Source of the DNA: Candidatus Zixiibacteriota bacterium
GTDB lineage: Bacteria > Zixibacteria > MSB-5A5 > UBA10806 > 4484-95
Direction of reading: 5' to 3'
DNA length: 64,000 nt
Assembly: GCA_037441845.1 (NCBI GenBank)
Contig: JBBIRK010000007.1
Location: 130,575 to 194,574 of the forward strand
Shown here: positions 19,940 through 30,265 of the stretch, piece after piece
Position numbering within the stretch: position 1 is the first letter of the stretch
Layout: every line of letters begins with the position of its first letter
Position numbers and translations under genes: made by a program
Notes under the pieces: generated by a model
Database searches by the model: none
The model's input: the letters and a program-made list of their open reading frames with translations, nothing else
What the model was told of the DNA's origin: nothing

Positions 19940-21790
19940 CTATTTTATTAATAGCATCTTTCTGGCAAAATCGTTCTCTCCGGCCTGCACTCTATAGAAA
20001 TAAATTCCGGAGGATACGGGGTTTCCGCCTTCGTCCAAGCCGTTCCAATTAAAATCGTGGCGTCCTTCGGGAATCGTTCCCAAATCATGAGAGGCGATAC
20101 GGCGACCGGTGATATCGTAAATATCGATCCGGACTGCGGCCTCGTCGGGCAAATCGAACATGATTTTGGTCATTTGATTGAAAGGATTCGGGTAATTTTG
20201 GTGCAAACGCCACTCTCCGGGAATGACGTCGTTCTCAAACCCCGATTGGGTTTCGACGAAAAAAACTCCTTTATTCGAATACGGTCCCCAGCCGTTATTG
20301 TTGCCGCCCTTGACCCGCCAATAGTAGCGGCCGTCGTCGAACGTGAATCCGGAAGTATAACCGGAAGCGGCGACATTGGAATCGAGCAGGACAAGCCAAC
20401 TGAACATCGTATCAAGCGCCACTTCTATCAAATACCTGCTTGCGTATGGCGAATCGCTCCAATCGAAATCGACGGTATCCGGATGCAGTGTATCCCCGGC
20501 CGCCGGAAAAATGAGTTGCGGAGCCGGAGGTCTCGGGTTAATCGGGCCCAGCAATACATTGACCTCGGTGGGTTGATTCGCCCCGACCGTGACGGCCACT
20601 TGTTTAGTGCGGTAACCGCTTTTCAGGAAACGCAGGTTATAGTTGCCGGGAGCCAGGACTCTGCGGTAGCGTCCGAAATCAGGACGGGACAAGCGCGGAT
20701 TGATATCGGCATTGATCCGTTCCAGCACCTGAACCTCGGCCTCGAGCGGCTCGAGTGTGATCGAATCGCGGATTATACCGGTGATCCCCGGCCCCAGGGC
20801 GCGGCTCATTAAATAATACTGCCCCGGCAGGTTGCGGGCCACTATCCCATCGACCATGGCCGGATTCTGAATAGTCGTATCGGAAACCTCGACCGAAAAG
20901 GCGATAGTGCCGAAATTGCCGTAAAAATATGTCTTGAGATCGCCTTTGTCCACCAACGCCCGGCGAGCCTCGTAGCATGAATCGCCGGCGTCATTGACGA
21001 TCCTTAGACAGAAAGCGTCGCAGATTTGTTTCATCAACGCCTCGTCCGGCGCCATCCCATGCCCGCCCTGATTGGAATACCAATACCACGGATAATAGGC
21101 CACCTCGGAGCGACCATAGGTGGGCGAATGGTAGTCCAGGGCGACGATAGGACGATATTTCCAGGCGAACGCCGCCATGGCGATATTTTCCGTTTGGGTG
21201 AATGGAGCCGGTCCTCGATACATAAGGCTTTCCGGCGTGGTGGCCGCGGGATCGGTGTCGATAGACCAGCCGAAATCGTAATTGCGGTTGTTATCGACCC
21301 CGTCATGGAAATCGAATATTCCATTTCGATCATTGTCGCATTTGTTCTTGCGCCAAGCGAGATTCCCCTGTTCGACCACAAGGTGGCCTTCGGGATTTAT
21401 GAACGGCACGACGAACAATTCGAACGTGTTTATATACCTGATCGCCTGAGTGTCCCCCTGGGAATAACGGCGGATTATATCCTGCGCAAAATTGAGGACC
21501 ACCTCGACCCCGAGCACCTCATCGGCGTGAACGCCGCCGCAATAAAACACCGCAGGTTCGTCCTCATCTATCGCCGGATTATCGGAAATTTTCAGCCGCA
21601 ACATGGGGATACTGTCACGGGTCGAATACCCCATCGTGTCTAAGACCAAAATCTCAGGAAAAGCATCGCGCAAAGTTGCCAGCGTGTCCAAAACTTCCTG
21701 GTACGTATGGTATCGATCCGGCAATGCCTGTGTCATACCGGTGATCTGAATTGCAAAAATAAAGAACAAGACCAAAAACGATTTGCTCAT
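19940..21790 (-). CDS. Secreted M14 zinc carboxypeptidase with regulatory-like, FN3-like and Por/FlgD-type CTD
   Basis: HADE (H69xxE72), NPEG, NRNY, DYHS (H196), SVE (E270); GITG.IRD..T.EPL domain; YYWRV; NYPNPFN...SSGIYFY...KMLLIK. Confidence 0.92.
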   Translation of the reverse strand: MSKSFLVLFFIFAIQITGMTQALPDRYHTYQEVLDTLATLRDAFPEILVLDTMGYSTRDSIPMLRLKISDNPAIDEDEPAVFYCGGVHADEVLGVEVVLNFAQDIIRRYSQGDTQAIRYINTFELFVVPFINPEGHLVVEQGNLAWRKNKCDNDRNGIFDFHDGVDNNRNYDFGWSIDTDPAATTPESLMYRGPAPFTQTENIAMAAFAWKYRPIVALDYHSPTYGRSEVAYYPWYWYSNQGGHGMAPDEALMKQICDAFCLRIVNDAGDSCYEARRALVDKGDLKTYFYGNFGTIAFSVEVSDTTIQNPAMVDGIVARNLPGQYYLMSRALGPGITGIIRDSITLEPLEAEVQVLERINADINPRLSRPDFGRYRRVLAPGNYNLRFLKSGYRTKQVAVTVGANQPTEVNVLLGPINPRPPAPQLIFPAAGDTLHPDTVDFDWSDSPYASRYLIEVALDTMFSWLVLLDSNVAASGYTSGFTFDDGRYYWRVKGGNNNGWGPYSNKGVFFVETQSGFENDVIPGEWRLHQNYPNPFNQMTKIMFDLPDEAAVRIDIYDITGRRIASHDLGTIPEGRHDFNWNGLDEGGNPVSSGIYFYRVQAGENDFARKMLLIK

Positions 21791-21835
21791 CATGACTCCC
21801 GAAAAAGATTTATTGCGGTCAAGCATTTATATCCC

Positions 21836-21863
21836 AATATATTGCCTTTGCTCGATTTGTCAA
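21836..21863 (-). promoter_or_regulatory. Putative sigma70 promoter of the M14 operon
   Basis: TTGACA-16nt-TATATT on the minus strand. Confidence 0.55.
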
Positions 21864-22096
21864 GCCTTGTCGTCCGTTCTAACCGATTGCCAATCAAGGC
21901 AATAAATTAATTTTTGGTCGGCACCCATATTTCCGTTAAGCAAAATTCTCTCCCTGTTATATAAAACATATATGACGGCTTTTTTGTGTCATTAATCGCG
22001 CCGGCGATCGCGGAAAAATCTTCGGACTCGATCGCGATCGGAATAAGCCCGCATGATTCCTTGACAAATCCGCCCCGATTGCCTTTCTATATCATC

Positions 22097-23377
22097 ATGG
22101 AAAAAAATGACCAGGCGAAAAACCAGGGAAAATCCGTTTTCTGGCCCAACCTATTGCACTTCTATCAGCCGCCCGATCAAGACCGCAACCTGCTGGAAAC
22201 GATCGTCAACGAGGCTTATAGGCCGGTCATATCGTTGTTTGAAAATATCAAGAGCGCCAAAGCCACCATCAATATCCCGGCTTGCACAATCGAACTTTTG
22301 ATAAGAACCGGTTTCGGCGATCTTATCACACGTTTAAGAGCGCTTGCCGAAATCGGGCGGATCGAGCTGACGTTGACTCCAAAATTTCATTTGATCATGC
22401 CTATTTACCCCGAGGAGGAAGTCGAAAGGCAGATAACTTTGAACCAAAAGGTGGGAAAGCGCTATTTCGGCTATACTTTTGTTCCACGGGGTTTGTACTC
22501 GCCAGAGCTGGCTTACGAAACGCAGGTGGCCAAGACCGCGGTGCGCCATGGTTGCCGCTGGCTGGCGGTCGATGAGATCGCGATTCATGGCAGCCTGGGT
22601 CAGCCGATATTCGACAGGCTCTACATGGATAAATCGGCCGGCGGCCTCATACTGGTGCCGCGAAATCGACGACTTTCCGAGGCTCTGGCGGGTTCGATTT
22701 TCTCCCGTGATGACGTAGGCAGCGCCGATGATTTCGCCAAGCTGGCGCTGGGATCGCAGCCGCGTTACGTTTTCACCGCGGTGGATGTCGAACATTTCGG
22801 CCATCATATCAAAGACAGGCATAAGCTGTTGAGTCAATTGTATCAGCATCCGCAGTTGGTCCCTCTTACGGTATCGGAGCTTCTTTCTCATGTGCGCAAG
22901 AAAGATTATTGCCGTCCCCGTGCTTCCGATTGGACCTCGACGCCGGAGGAACTGAAAAGCAGGCAACTGTTTTATACCTGGAATGACCCCCAAAATAAAA
23001 TTCATCAGACCCTTTGGGAATTATATCGTTTGGCCATGGATGAAATAAAAAACGCGTCGGCCAATGGCGACCTTCAGCATATCCGGGCTCGGGAGGCGTT
23101 GAGCGCGGCCGCTCCCTCGTGCGGCTTCTTTTGGGCGTCATGTCGGCCTTGGTGGTATGGCGTCTATCCCGAAAATATGGCCACCAATATCTGTCTGGCG
23201 TTGTTTTCCCTCATGGCGCCGTCGCCCAAGGCCAAAGACAAGGCGTTCAAACTAAGACAGACCGTCTATGACCTGGTAGCCGAATATAACCAAAACGGCA
23301 CAGCCAGAAAACTACAGATAGAATATCTTAAGTCCAGAGGAATCAATTCGAGAAAATTTTTCGAACGGACGGGATAA
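22097..23377 (+). CDS. Glycoside hydrolase family 57 protein
   Basis: LHFYQPP (CSR1), YSPELAY (nucleophile Glu), DVEHFGHH (acid/base Asp), SCGFFW; no signal peptide. Confidence 0.8.
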   Translation: MEKNDQAKNQGKSVFWPNLLHFYQPPDQDRNLLETIVNEAYRPVISLFENIKSAKATINIPACTIELLIRTGFGDLITRLRALAEIGRIELTLTPKFHLIMPIYPEEEVERQITLNQKVGKRYFGYTFVPRGLYSPELAYETQVAKTAVRHGCRWLAVDEIAIHGSLGQPIFDRLYMDKSAGGLILVPRNRRLSEALAGSIFSRDDVGSADDFAKLALGSQPRYVFTAVDVEHFGHHIKDRHKLLSQLYQHPQLVPLTVSELLSHVRKKDYCRPRASDWTSTPEELKSRQLFYTWNDPQNKIHQTLWELYRLAMDEIKNASANGDLQHIRAREALSAAAPSCGFFWASCRPWWYGVYPENMATNICLALFSLMAPSPKAKDKAFKLRQTVYDLVAEYNQNGTARKLQIEYLKSRGINSRKFFERTG

Positions 23378-23570
23378 AAAGAAAAAAAGAAAATTCGTAA
23401 CAATCCCCACTCAGCGGAAAATCGCCGAACGGATCCCCCAAAAAATCCAAGGAATCCAGATCGTCGTAATCGAAACCCGAATTCGGTTTTTTTGCGTCAT
23501 GCCTCGATAAATCGACCCGGAAATCCCCCAAGAACAACGCTCGATTTCACCACGGCTTTTTACTGCCCGC

Positions 23571-25427
23571 TCATTTTATCAGGGTCAACTTGCCTATACG
23601 CTGGATGCCGACTGCGCTCAGTTTATAGTAATAGACGCCGGAGGACATCGCATCAGCGTTCCAGCTCAATGTCTGACGCCCCGCTTCGTACGATTTCGTG
23701 CTCGTGAACGCAAGCCTTCCGAGCGGGTCGAAAATATCGAGGGTCACCACCGCCGGCCGGGTCAACTCGAAAGAAACCGTCGTTCGGGAATTGAACGGGT
23801 TCGGATACACCGCCCGGACAGACAAATCTTCAGGGACGGCCGACCAATCTTCCTCGTCAAGTTCGGTTATCACGGGCGCGAACTCCGACGACCATAGTAA
23901 GTCTCCCGGGTCGTGGGTGATCGTGTCGGCGTCGGCGTCCGCGGTGGGATCGGCGGGGCCGATGGCAACCAGCTGATGGCCCACGAAGCCCGCCAGACGG
24001 ATTCTTACATCAAGCCAATTCTGTATATTCTCAGCATTGACCGAGCCTCGCCAATCGATCAGATATAGATTTATACGATTCAGATTATATCGATACCTCA
24101 TCAACACCAAAGAACCATCGATGGCGGCAAGATAAATGTCGGTGCCGTTCCAGTGAAATATGCGGGTGAACGGCTCGAACGTCCGCTGCCAGCGATATAC
24201 GTCGCCGTGGAAAGAGCTGACGGTTACGGAAACGGAATCGCTGTCGTTCAGCGGCACCTCCGGTTCTATCGCCGCATCCAGCCAGGTGATATCGCTGCGT
24301 CGGGGAGACCTCAGGAAAAATTTTAACTTATTCACGTGCACCGACAAAGTATCTTCGGGCTCCTCCGGGATAACGATTCTCTTGCAGGCCATTCCTCCAC
24401 CGAAACTGGTGACCCACACATTGCCGTTGTAATCGAAGGCGATGTCCGAGTAAAATTGACCCCATACGAGGCCGGAATCACCCGGCAGATATGAGCGCCA
24501 TTGCAACAAATCCGAAAGCACGCTGATCCCGTAATTGGTGCCGATCCAGAGATCGCCGTTATCGGGCCGGATTTCCATCGAGTAGATATAATCGGCGACC
24601 AGAGGCGAATTGGCGCTGGTGTAACGGGTCCAGTTATCTCCGTCTTTTTCGGTCAGGCCGAATCCGAAACTGCCGAAATATACTTTGCCGTTGAAATTAT
24701 TCGTTTTGATCAATTGAACTCTATTCGAGGGCAAACCACTGTTGCCGGTGTTGTAATTCCGCCAGGTGGCGCCGTCATATGCCACCGCACCACCGTCGAG
24801 CGTGGCGATCCAGAGGATATTATTTCCAGCGTCATAATCGATCGCCTTGATGTAATCGGTGGGAAGATATGTTCCGATGGGAACCTTGAACGTCTGCATC
24901 TGCGAATCGGCGTAGCTGAATTCAGTGCGATATTGAGCCTGATATCTGATCCACCCCTGAGAATCGAACAAGGTGATGCCGCCGCCATAGGTGGCTATCG
25001 CCCGATAAGCGGGGGTCGATATCATACCGGTCACGATAGGACTGATCTCGATTCCGGCGTCGTTACGCCTCCAGGTGGAATCCGATAATCTGAGAACCGA
25101 CACTCCTTCGCCGAATGCGAATTGATCCAGGTCCCCCGAGGCGGTGCCCACGAATAACGTGTCCCCCACGGATAGTATATGCAAAGGATAATTGATCGGA
25201 ACGCCGGTCGAATTCCGGTCATGAATGCGCCATTGTCCACCCGTTTTGACGACCAAACCGCGCCCCTGCGTGCCCACCATCACTTGATTGTCAGGCTCGA
25301 TCGTCAGGCTTATCAAATAATCAGTGGGCAGCGGGCTGTTATCAACGGTGAACGCTTGCCACTGGGAAAACGCATTCGAAACCGCAAATATAAAAGCCAG
25401 AAATACGGAAATCCTCGCATGTTTCAT
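23571..25427 (-). CDS. Secreted beta-propeller (two-component regulator propeller repeats) with Por-type CTD
   Basis: Sec signal; repeats W..Y...NS.LP.N.V..I..D..G.LWIGT..G; YPNPFN...MSSGVYYY...KLTLIK. Confidence 0.82.
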   Translation of the reverse strand: MKHARISVFLAFIFAVSNAFSQWQAFTVDNSPLPTDYLISLTIEPDNQVMVGTQGRGLVVKTGGQWRIHDRNSTGVPINYPLHILSVGDTLFVGTASGDLDQFAFGEGVSVLRLSDSTWRRNDAGIEISPIVTGMISTPAYRAIATYGGGITLFDSQGWIRYQAQYRTEFSYADSQMQTFKVPIGTYLPTDYIKAIDYDAGNNILWIATLDGGAVAYDGATWRNYNTGNSGLPSNRVQLIKTNNFNGKVYFGSFGFGLTEKDGDNWTRYTSANSPLVADYIYSMEIRPDNGDLWIGTNYGISVLSDLLQWRSYLPGDSGLVWGQFYSDIAFDYNGNVWVTSFGGGMACKRIVIPEEPEDTLSVHVNKLKFFLRSPRRSDITWLDAAIEPEVPLNDSDSVSVTVSSFHGDVYRWQRTFEPFTRIFHWNGTDIYLAAIDGSLVLMRYRYNLNRINLYLIDWRGSVNAENIQNWLDVRIRLAGFVGHQLVAIGPADPTADADADTITHDPGDLLWSSEFAPVITELDEEDWSAVPEDLSVRAVYPNPFNSRTTVSFELTRPAVVTLDIFDPLGRLAFTSTKSYEAGRQTLSWNADAMSSGVYYYKLSAVGIQRIGKLTLIK

Positions 25428-25805
25428 CTTGTCTTCACCTTCCGCATTTCAAAGTTGACGTCATATCCAAAAACTGTTGCAAAATGCACACCTTAAATTC
25501 AAGCTTTCTGCATCGCTTTTTTAGAATTCGACAACCGTCTGTTCGTCAACACGATATCCGTCGGTCTGGTTTTCGAAAAGTGACTCTTCGCTTTTCTTCC
25601 GCCATCTAATCCACTTGACGATGTTCGATTTTTGGCAACCGGTCAAAAATTGAACAATCGCCGATTCAAGCAATATAAATTCCAAAAACCGCCAAAGCTA
25701 TTTTTTTTCCTAATTTAGACCACAAGTCCATGATATAATTAGAATTATAATTGGCCTGCCGATTGCGACGCGATCTCAAGTTCAGCGATATAACACAAAT
25801 GCCGC

Positions 25806-25833
25806 TTGTCATCATTCAAATGGACCGTATAAT
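25806..25833 (+). promoter_or_regulatory. Putative sigma70 promoter
   Basis: TTGTCA-16nt-TATAAT upstream of ATG 25854. Confidence 0.55.
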
Positions 25834-25853
25834 ATGATTCGACGGGTGTCATT

Positions 25854-27047
25854 ATGACCGAATCGGCTGTCATCAAATTGAAAAAAGGGCGAGATCGCAC
25901 AGTGCGATTTCACCATCCCTGGATTTTCTCCGGCGCCATCGCTTCAATCGAGGGGAAAACGCAAGCGGGCGATATAGTTAGGGTGGTTGATTCAAACGGC
26001 GATTTCGTCGGGCAAGGTTATTACAATCCACTATCCCAAATTGCGGTGCGCCTCCTCGAATTCGACGAGACCGCAAAAATCGATGCTGCATGGTGGGATG
26101 CCCGGATCGCCGAATCGATCTCTCGGCGGAGAAACATAATTTCCCCGAAAACCGACTCTTGCCGCCTGATCTTTGGCGAGTCTGATTTCCTACCAGGATT
26201 AGTGGTTGACCTATATTGCAGCTTTTTGATAGTGCAGTTTGTCACCGCCGGAACGGAAAGATTCAAAAAAGAAATCGTCGATTCTTTAACCGCCCGGTTA
26301 AAAGTGGAGGGCGTTTTCGAGCGGGCGGATATCCCGGCGCGGAAAAAAGAGGGATTGCCTCAACAATCCCAACTCCTTTTTGGAAAATCACCGCCTTCCA
26401 GAATGATCATAAGAGAAAATGGATTGTCATATGAGGTTGATTTAATCGGCGGTCAGAAAACGGGCTGGTATTTCGATCAACGCGATAACCGCTTGGCGGT
26501 GGCCGACTTGGCAGCCGATAGCCGGGTGCTCGATTGTTTCAGCTACACCGGCGGCTTCTCGATTACCGCCCTTTCGCATGGGGCGGTGCATAGTACCTTG
26601 GTAGAGTCTTCGGGCTCCTTTCTGGACCAGGCCCACTGCAACCTACGGCTCAACCATTTGCCTGAAAGCTCCGCTGAACTGATCAACGCCGACGCTTTCA
26701 ATTATTTAAGGAAGCTGCGGGACGAAAACCGCCTTTTCGATCTGGTGATACTCGATCCGCCGAAATTCGCCCCCTCCAAGAGCAATCTCGAAAAAGCAAT
26801 AAACGGTTACAAGGATATCAATCTGCTCGGGTTGAAACTGGTGAATCCCGGCGGATATCTAGCCACTTTCTCCTGTTCGGGAGCGGTTGATTGGCGATTA
26901 TTCCGCACGGCCGTGGGCTGGGCGGCCGCCGATTCGAATCGCAAGGTTCAGATAATTAAACAGATGCACCAAGCCCCGGATCACCCGGTGCTTTTTTCTT
27001 TTCCCCAATCCGAATATCTCAAAGGTTTTCTCTGTCGGGTGGAATAG
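25854..27047 (+). CDS. rlmI: RlmI-family rRNA m5C methyltransferase (PUA + SAM domain)
   Basis: HPWIFSG, ESDFLPGLVVD, GQKTGWYFDQR, VLDCFSYTGGF, ILDPPKF, TFSCS, PDHP, EYLKG. Confidence 0.9.
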   Translation: MTESAVIKLKKGRDRTVRFHHPWIFSGAIASIEGKTQAGDIVRVVDSNGDFVGQGYYNPLSQIAVRLLEFDETAKIDAAWWDARIAESISRRRNIISPKTDSCRLIFGESDFLPGLVVDLYCSFLIVQFVTAGTERFKKEIVDSLTARLKVEGVFERADIPARKKEGLPQQSQLLFGKSPPSRMIIRENGLSYEVDLIGGQKTGWYFDQRDNRLAVADLAADSRVLDCFSYTGGFSITALSHGAVHSTLVESSGSFLDQAHCNLRLNHLPESSAELINADAFNYLRKLRDENRLFDLVILDPPKFAPSKSNLEKAINGYKDINLLGLKLVNPGGYLATFSCSGAVDWRLFRTAVGWAAADSNRKVQIIKQMHQAPDHPVLFSFPQSEYLKGFLCRVE

Positions 27048-27150
27048 GTCGGCCGCGTCATTGGAATTTCCGGAATCGTCATATCAGGAACCGCTGGCGT
27101 CTCCGGCTGGTTTGCACGATTACATAGCGAATTCAAACCATGAGGGTATT

Positions 27151-27522
27151 ATGTCCACGAGACCATTCATTGCGAAATCGAGTCTATGCATTCTGGCGGT
27201 TCTCGCCGTCGTTTTTGCGGCCGGATGCGGCAAGAAATCGACGAACTCAAGCGGCGGAGGAGCCGTCGTCCCACCGAATTCGGTTTTCATCTCCGGTTTC
27301 GCCTACAATCCGACATCGAGGACGGTGGCGGTCGGAACGACTGTCACTTGGCGCAATGACGATGGTGCGCCGCACACCGTGACCTCGGATAGCGGGAACG
27401 AGTTGGCGAGCCCGACGTTGAACCGCGGGCAAAGCTATTCACACACATTCAACAGCGCCGGCGTATTCACTTATCATTGCACTTTTCATCCGTCGATGCA
27501 TGGATCGGTCACGGTCCAGTAA
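27151..27522 (+). CDS. Blue-copper cupredoxin (amicyanin/plastocyanin-like) lipoprotein
   Basis: Lipobox AAG-C; VGTTVTW.N.D...HTVT; type-1 Cu ligands in YHCTFHPSM. Confidence 0.9.
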   Translation: MSTRPFIAKSSLCILAVLAVVFAAGCGKKSTNSSGGGAVVPPNSVFISGFAYNPTSRTVAVGTTVTWRNDDGAPHTVTSDSGNELASPTLNRGQSYSHTFNSAGVFTYHCTFHPSMHGSVTVQ

Positions 27523-27728
27523 TCTTCGCTTTTATGGATCAGCCGGGGCCGACTGGGCGGTCGACTGATTTATAACAGGCGGGCGCAACTTTTCAAAATG
27601 CAACAGCCGGCACCGGCTCAAGTCTATTTTTTTTATCTGCCGGACTTCACATCGTTTGCCCATTGCCGAATAATTCCATGGGGATAACTTTCCCATAACG
27701 GTTTCGCACCTTTGTAAAGGTGTATAAG

Positions 27729-30194
27729 ATGATAGATCATGGACTTCAATCTCTGATAAAGCCGCTTTCATCGGACTCGACCCCGCCCAGCGATCGAAAC
27801 GAATCTCGCGCAAGCTATATGGCTGCATTCGATGAAATAAACGATGCCGTTTTCGTGCACGATATGAACAGCGGCGCCATTCTGAACGTGAATCGCTGTT
27901 TTTGCGCCATGTACGGCTATACCGCGGAAGAGGCTAAAAAAATGACGGTCGCTCAGTTGACCGCCAATCTCCCTTCCTACAATGATGAAAACGCCCTTAA
28001 ACTGATTAGAGCGGCCGCGGCCGGCAGTCCTCAACTATTCGAATGGCCGGCCAAAGATAAAAGCGGCAGGCCATTCTGGGTTGAGGTCAACCTTCGCCGG
28101 GCTCATCTCGACGGCGCCGATGTTCTTCTTGCCTTAGTGCGCAACATAGATCAGCGCAAGCGTTTGGAATCGGTGCAGAAAGCGCATTTACGGATATTGG
28201 AAGCCGCATTGAAATCCGAAGACATGGAAAAGATGTTGAATGTCGTACAATCCGCCATTTCTTCTTTAATGGATGCCCCCAACTTTATCGTGGCGCTATA
28301 CGATCACCGAACCGGCGCAGTATCATTTCCTGTTTTGATGGATTCGGTAATTGGGACGGATTTTCAGGCTCACCGATTGATAAAAACCTTGACGGACAAG
28401 GTGAAGTGTGCCGGGGTGCCGTTGGCTTTCGATCGTCGGGAATTATATTTGATGGCCGATACCGGGGAATCCGATTCAGCGCCACCGGTGCCATACAAGT
28501 GGTTGGGGATCCCCTTGCGATCCGACGAGGGGGTGTTCGGCGTTGCCGCAGTTTATGATTACACGGAAAATCAGCCCTATCGCCCGGAGGATTTGCAACT
28601 GGCTGAAGCGCTGTCACCCCACATAGTCGCGGCGATTATGTACAGAATGGCCGAGGATGACTTGCGCGAATCGGAAAGGAAAAACCGGAGTCTTATAGAT
28701 GCGATACCCGATGGCTTGGTAGTGGTTGATTCTGATCTCAAAATCATTTACGCAAATCCCGCCGCTTGTGAAATTGGCGGCTACACGCACGACGAGTTGC
28801 TGAAACTGGACCTGCCGCAGATCATCGTCGAAGAAGACCGCGCCTTGTTTTTCGCTCAGGTAAATGCACGAAAAGGAAAAGCGGTCGGCAAATATGAAAT
28901 GGCCATTAGGCGTAAAGACGGCAAGGTTCGCAATCTGTTGGTATCGGCCGCTCCGGTCATCGGTCATGACGGCGATGTGACGGGATCGATGGGGGTTTTC
29001 AGGGATATCACCGAGCAGAAAAAGGCGGAAAAGGACAAACAAGAGTTGCGCGAGCGGTTGGCGCGGGCGCAAAGAATGGAATCGCTCGGGATGCTGGCCA
29101 GCGGTGTCGCCCACGACTTGAATAATATTTTAGGACCCCTGACCGCATATCCCGATATAATAAGAACCCAGATTTCCGCCGACAGTCCGGCATTGACCCA
29201 TCTTGACAAGATGGAATCCTCGGCGCAGAAAGCGGCTCAGGCGGTACAAGATCTACTCACCATGGCCAGGCGCGATCGTTATGAAATGACCACGCTCGAT
29301 TTTAACTCGATCGTCCGCAACTGGGTTGAATGTCCCGAACTACGGCAGCTGCAGAAAAAACATCAGGCCGTATCCACCGAAATAAATCTCGCCGATGGCC
29401 GGCTGATGGTCAGAGGCTCAATGTTTCACCTTACGAAACTGGTGACGAATCTCGTCATAAATGCTTTCGATGCCATGACCACCGGCGGTATCTTGAGAAT
29501 ATCCACCCGCTCGAGCAAAGTCGATAAACTTCTGGGCGGTTTCGACGGTATCGAAAAAGGAGAATACGCAATACTGACGGTTTCGGATACCGGAATCGGA
29601 ATCGAACCAAACGACCTGAAACGAATTTTCGAACCATTCTACAGCAAAAAGCAATTGGGTCGAAGCGGCAGCGGTCTCGGCCTTTCGATTGTTTACGGCA
29701 TAGTCAAAGATCATAACGGCTATATCGATGTCGCCAGCTCGGTCAACAGCGGCACCGAATTCGTAGTTTATTTACCGCTGGTCGAGGATGGTCAGGCCGG
29801 CGAGTCGAAACAGATAGATATCCGCGGCTGCGAGAAAATTCTGGTGGTGGATGATCTCGAGGAGCAAAGAGAACTGGCCTCGATAATCCTGGGTTCGCTC
29901 GGATACAATGTCAGTGTAGCCTCCAGCGGCGAAGAGTCGATCGAGCTTTTGCGTGCCGGCGATTTCGACGTCGTCGTGCTCGACATGATAATGGAAGGTG
30001 GCATGGACGGACTCGATACTTATTTGGAAATCCTGAAAATCAAACCGGACACGAAGGTCATTATAGCAAGCGGCTATTCGGAATCGGAAAGGGTGATCGA
30101 GGCGGAGAAAAGAGGCGTGCGCGCCTATTTGAAAAAACCCTACACCATGCAGCAGCTCGGCAAAACCATACGCAACGTCATTGCGATGGCTTGA
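27729..30194 (+). CDS. PAS-GAF-PAS hybrid sensor histidine kinase/response regulator
   Basis: PAS, GAF (WLGIPL), PAS; VAHDLNNIL; NLVINAFDAM; DTGIGI; FEPFYSKK; GSGLGL; receiver. Start codon uncertain. Confidence 0.94.
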   Translation: MIDHGLQSLIKPLSSDSTPPSDRNESRASYMAAFDEINDAVFVHDMNSGAILNVNRCFCAMYGYTAEEAKKMTVAQLTANLPSYNDENALKLIRAAAAGSPQLFEWPAKDKSGRPFWVEVNLRRAHLDGADVLLALVRNIDQRKRLESVQKAHLRILEAALKSEDMEKMLNVVQSAISSLMDAPNFIVALYDHRTGAVSFPVLMDSVIGTDFQAHRLIKTLTDKVKCAGVPLAFDRRELYLMADTGESDSAPPVPYKWLGIPLRSDEGVFGVAAVYDYTENQPYRPEDLQLAEALSPHIVAAIMYRMAEDDLRESERKNRSLIDAIPDGLVVVDSDLKIIYANPAACEIGGYTHDELLKLDLPQIIVEEDRALFFAQVNARKGKAVGKYEMAIRRKDGKVRNLLVSAAPVIGHDGDVTGSMGVFRDITEQKKAEKDKQELRERLARAQRMESLGMLASGVAHDLNNILGPLTAYPDIIRTQISADSPALTHLDKMESSAQKAAQAVQDLLTMARRDRYEMTTLDFNSIVRNWVECPELRQLQKKHQAVSTEINLADGRLMVRGSMFHLTKLVTNLVINAFDAMTTGGILRISTRSSKVDKLLGGFDGIEKGEYAILTVSDTGIGIEPNDLKRIFEPFYSKKQLGRSGSGLGLSIVYGIVKDHNGYIDVASSVNSGTEFVVYLPLVEDGQAGESKQIDIRGCEKILVVDDLEEQRELASIILGSLGYNVSVASSGEESIELLRAGDFDVVVLDMIMEGGMDGLDTYLEILKIKPDTKVIIASGYSESERVIEAEKRGVRAYLKKPYTMQQLGKTIRNVIAMA

Positions 30195-30265
30195 GATAAA
30201 GAATCCGCAGTATCGACATGTTTATATTGTTTGCTTTCATTTGGCGACAGATCGGATAGGATTGG

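Noticed and set aside
22061..22099. Leaderless promoter for the GH57 gene
   Set aside because: TTGACA is present but there is no acceptable -10 hexamer at 16-18 nt spacing.
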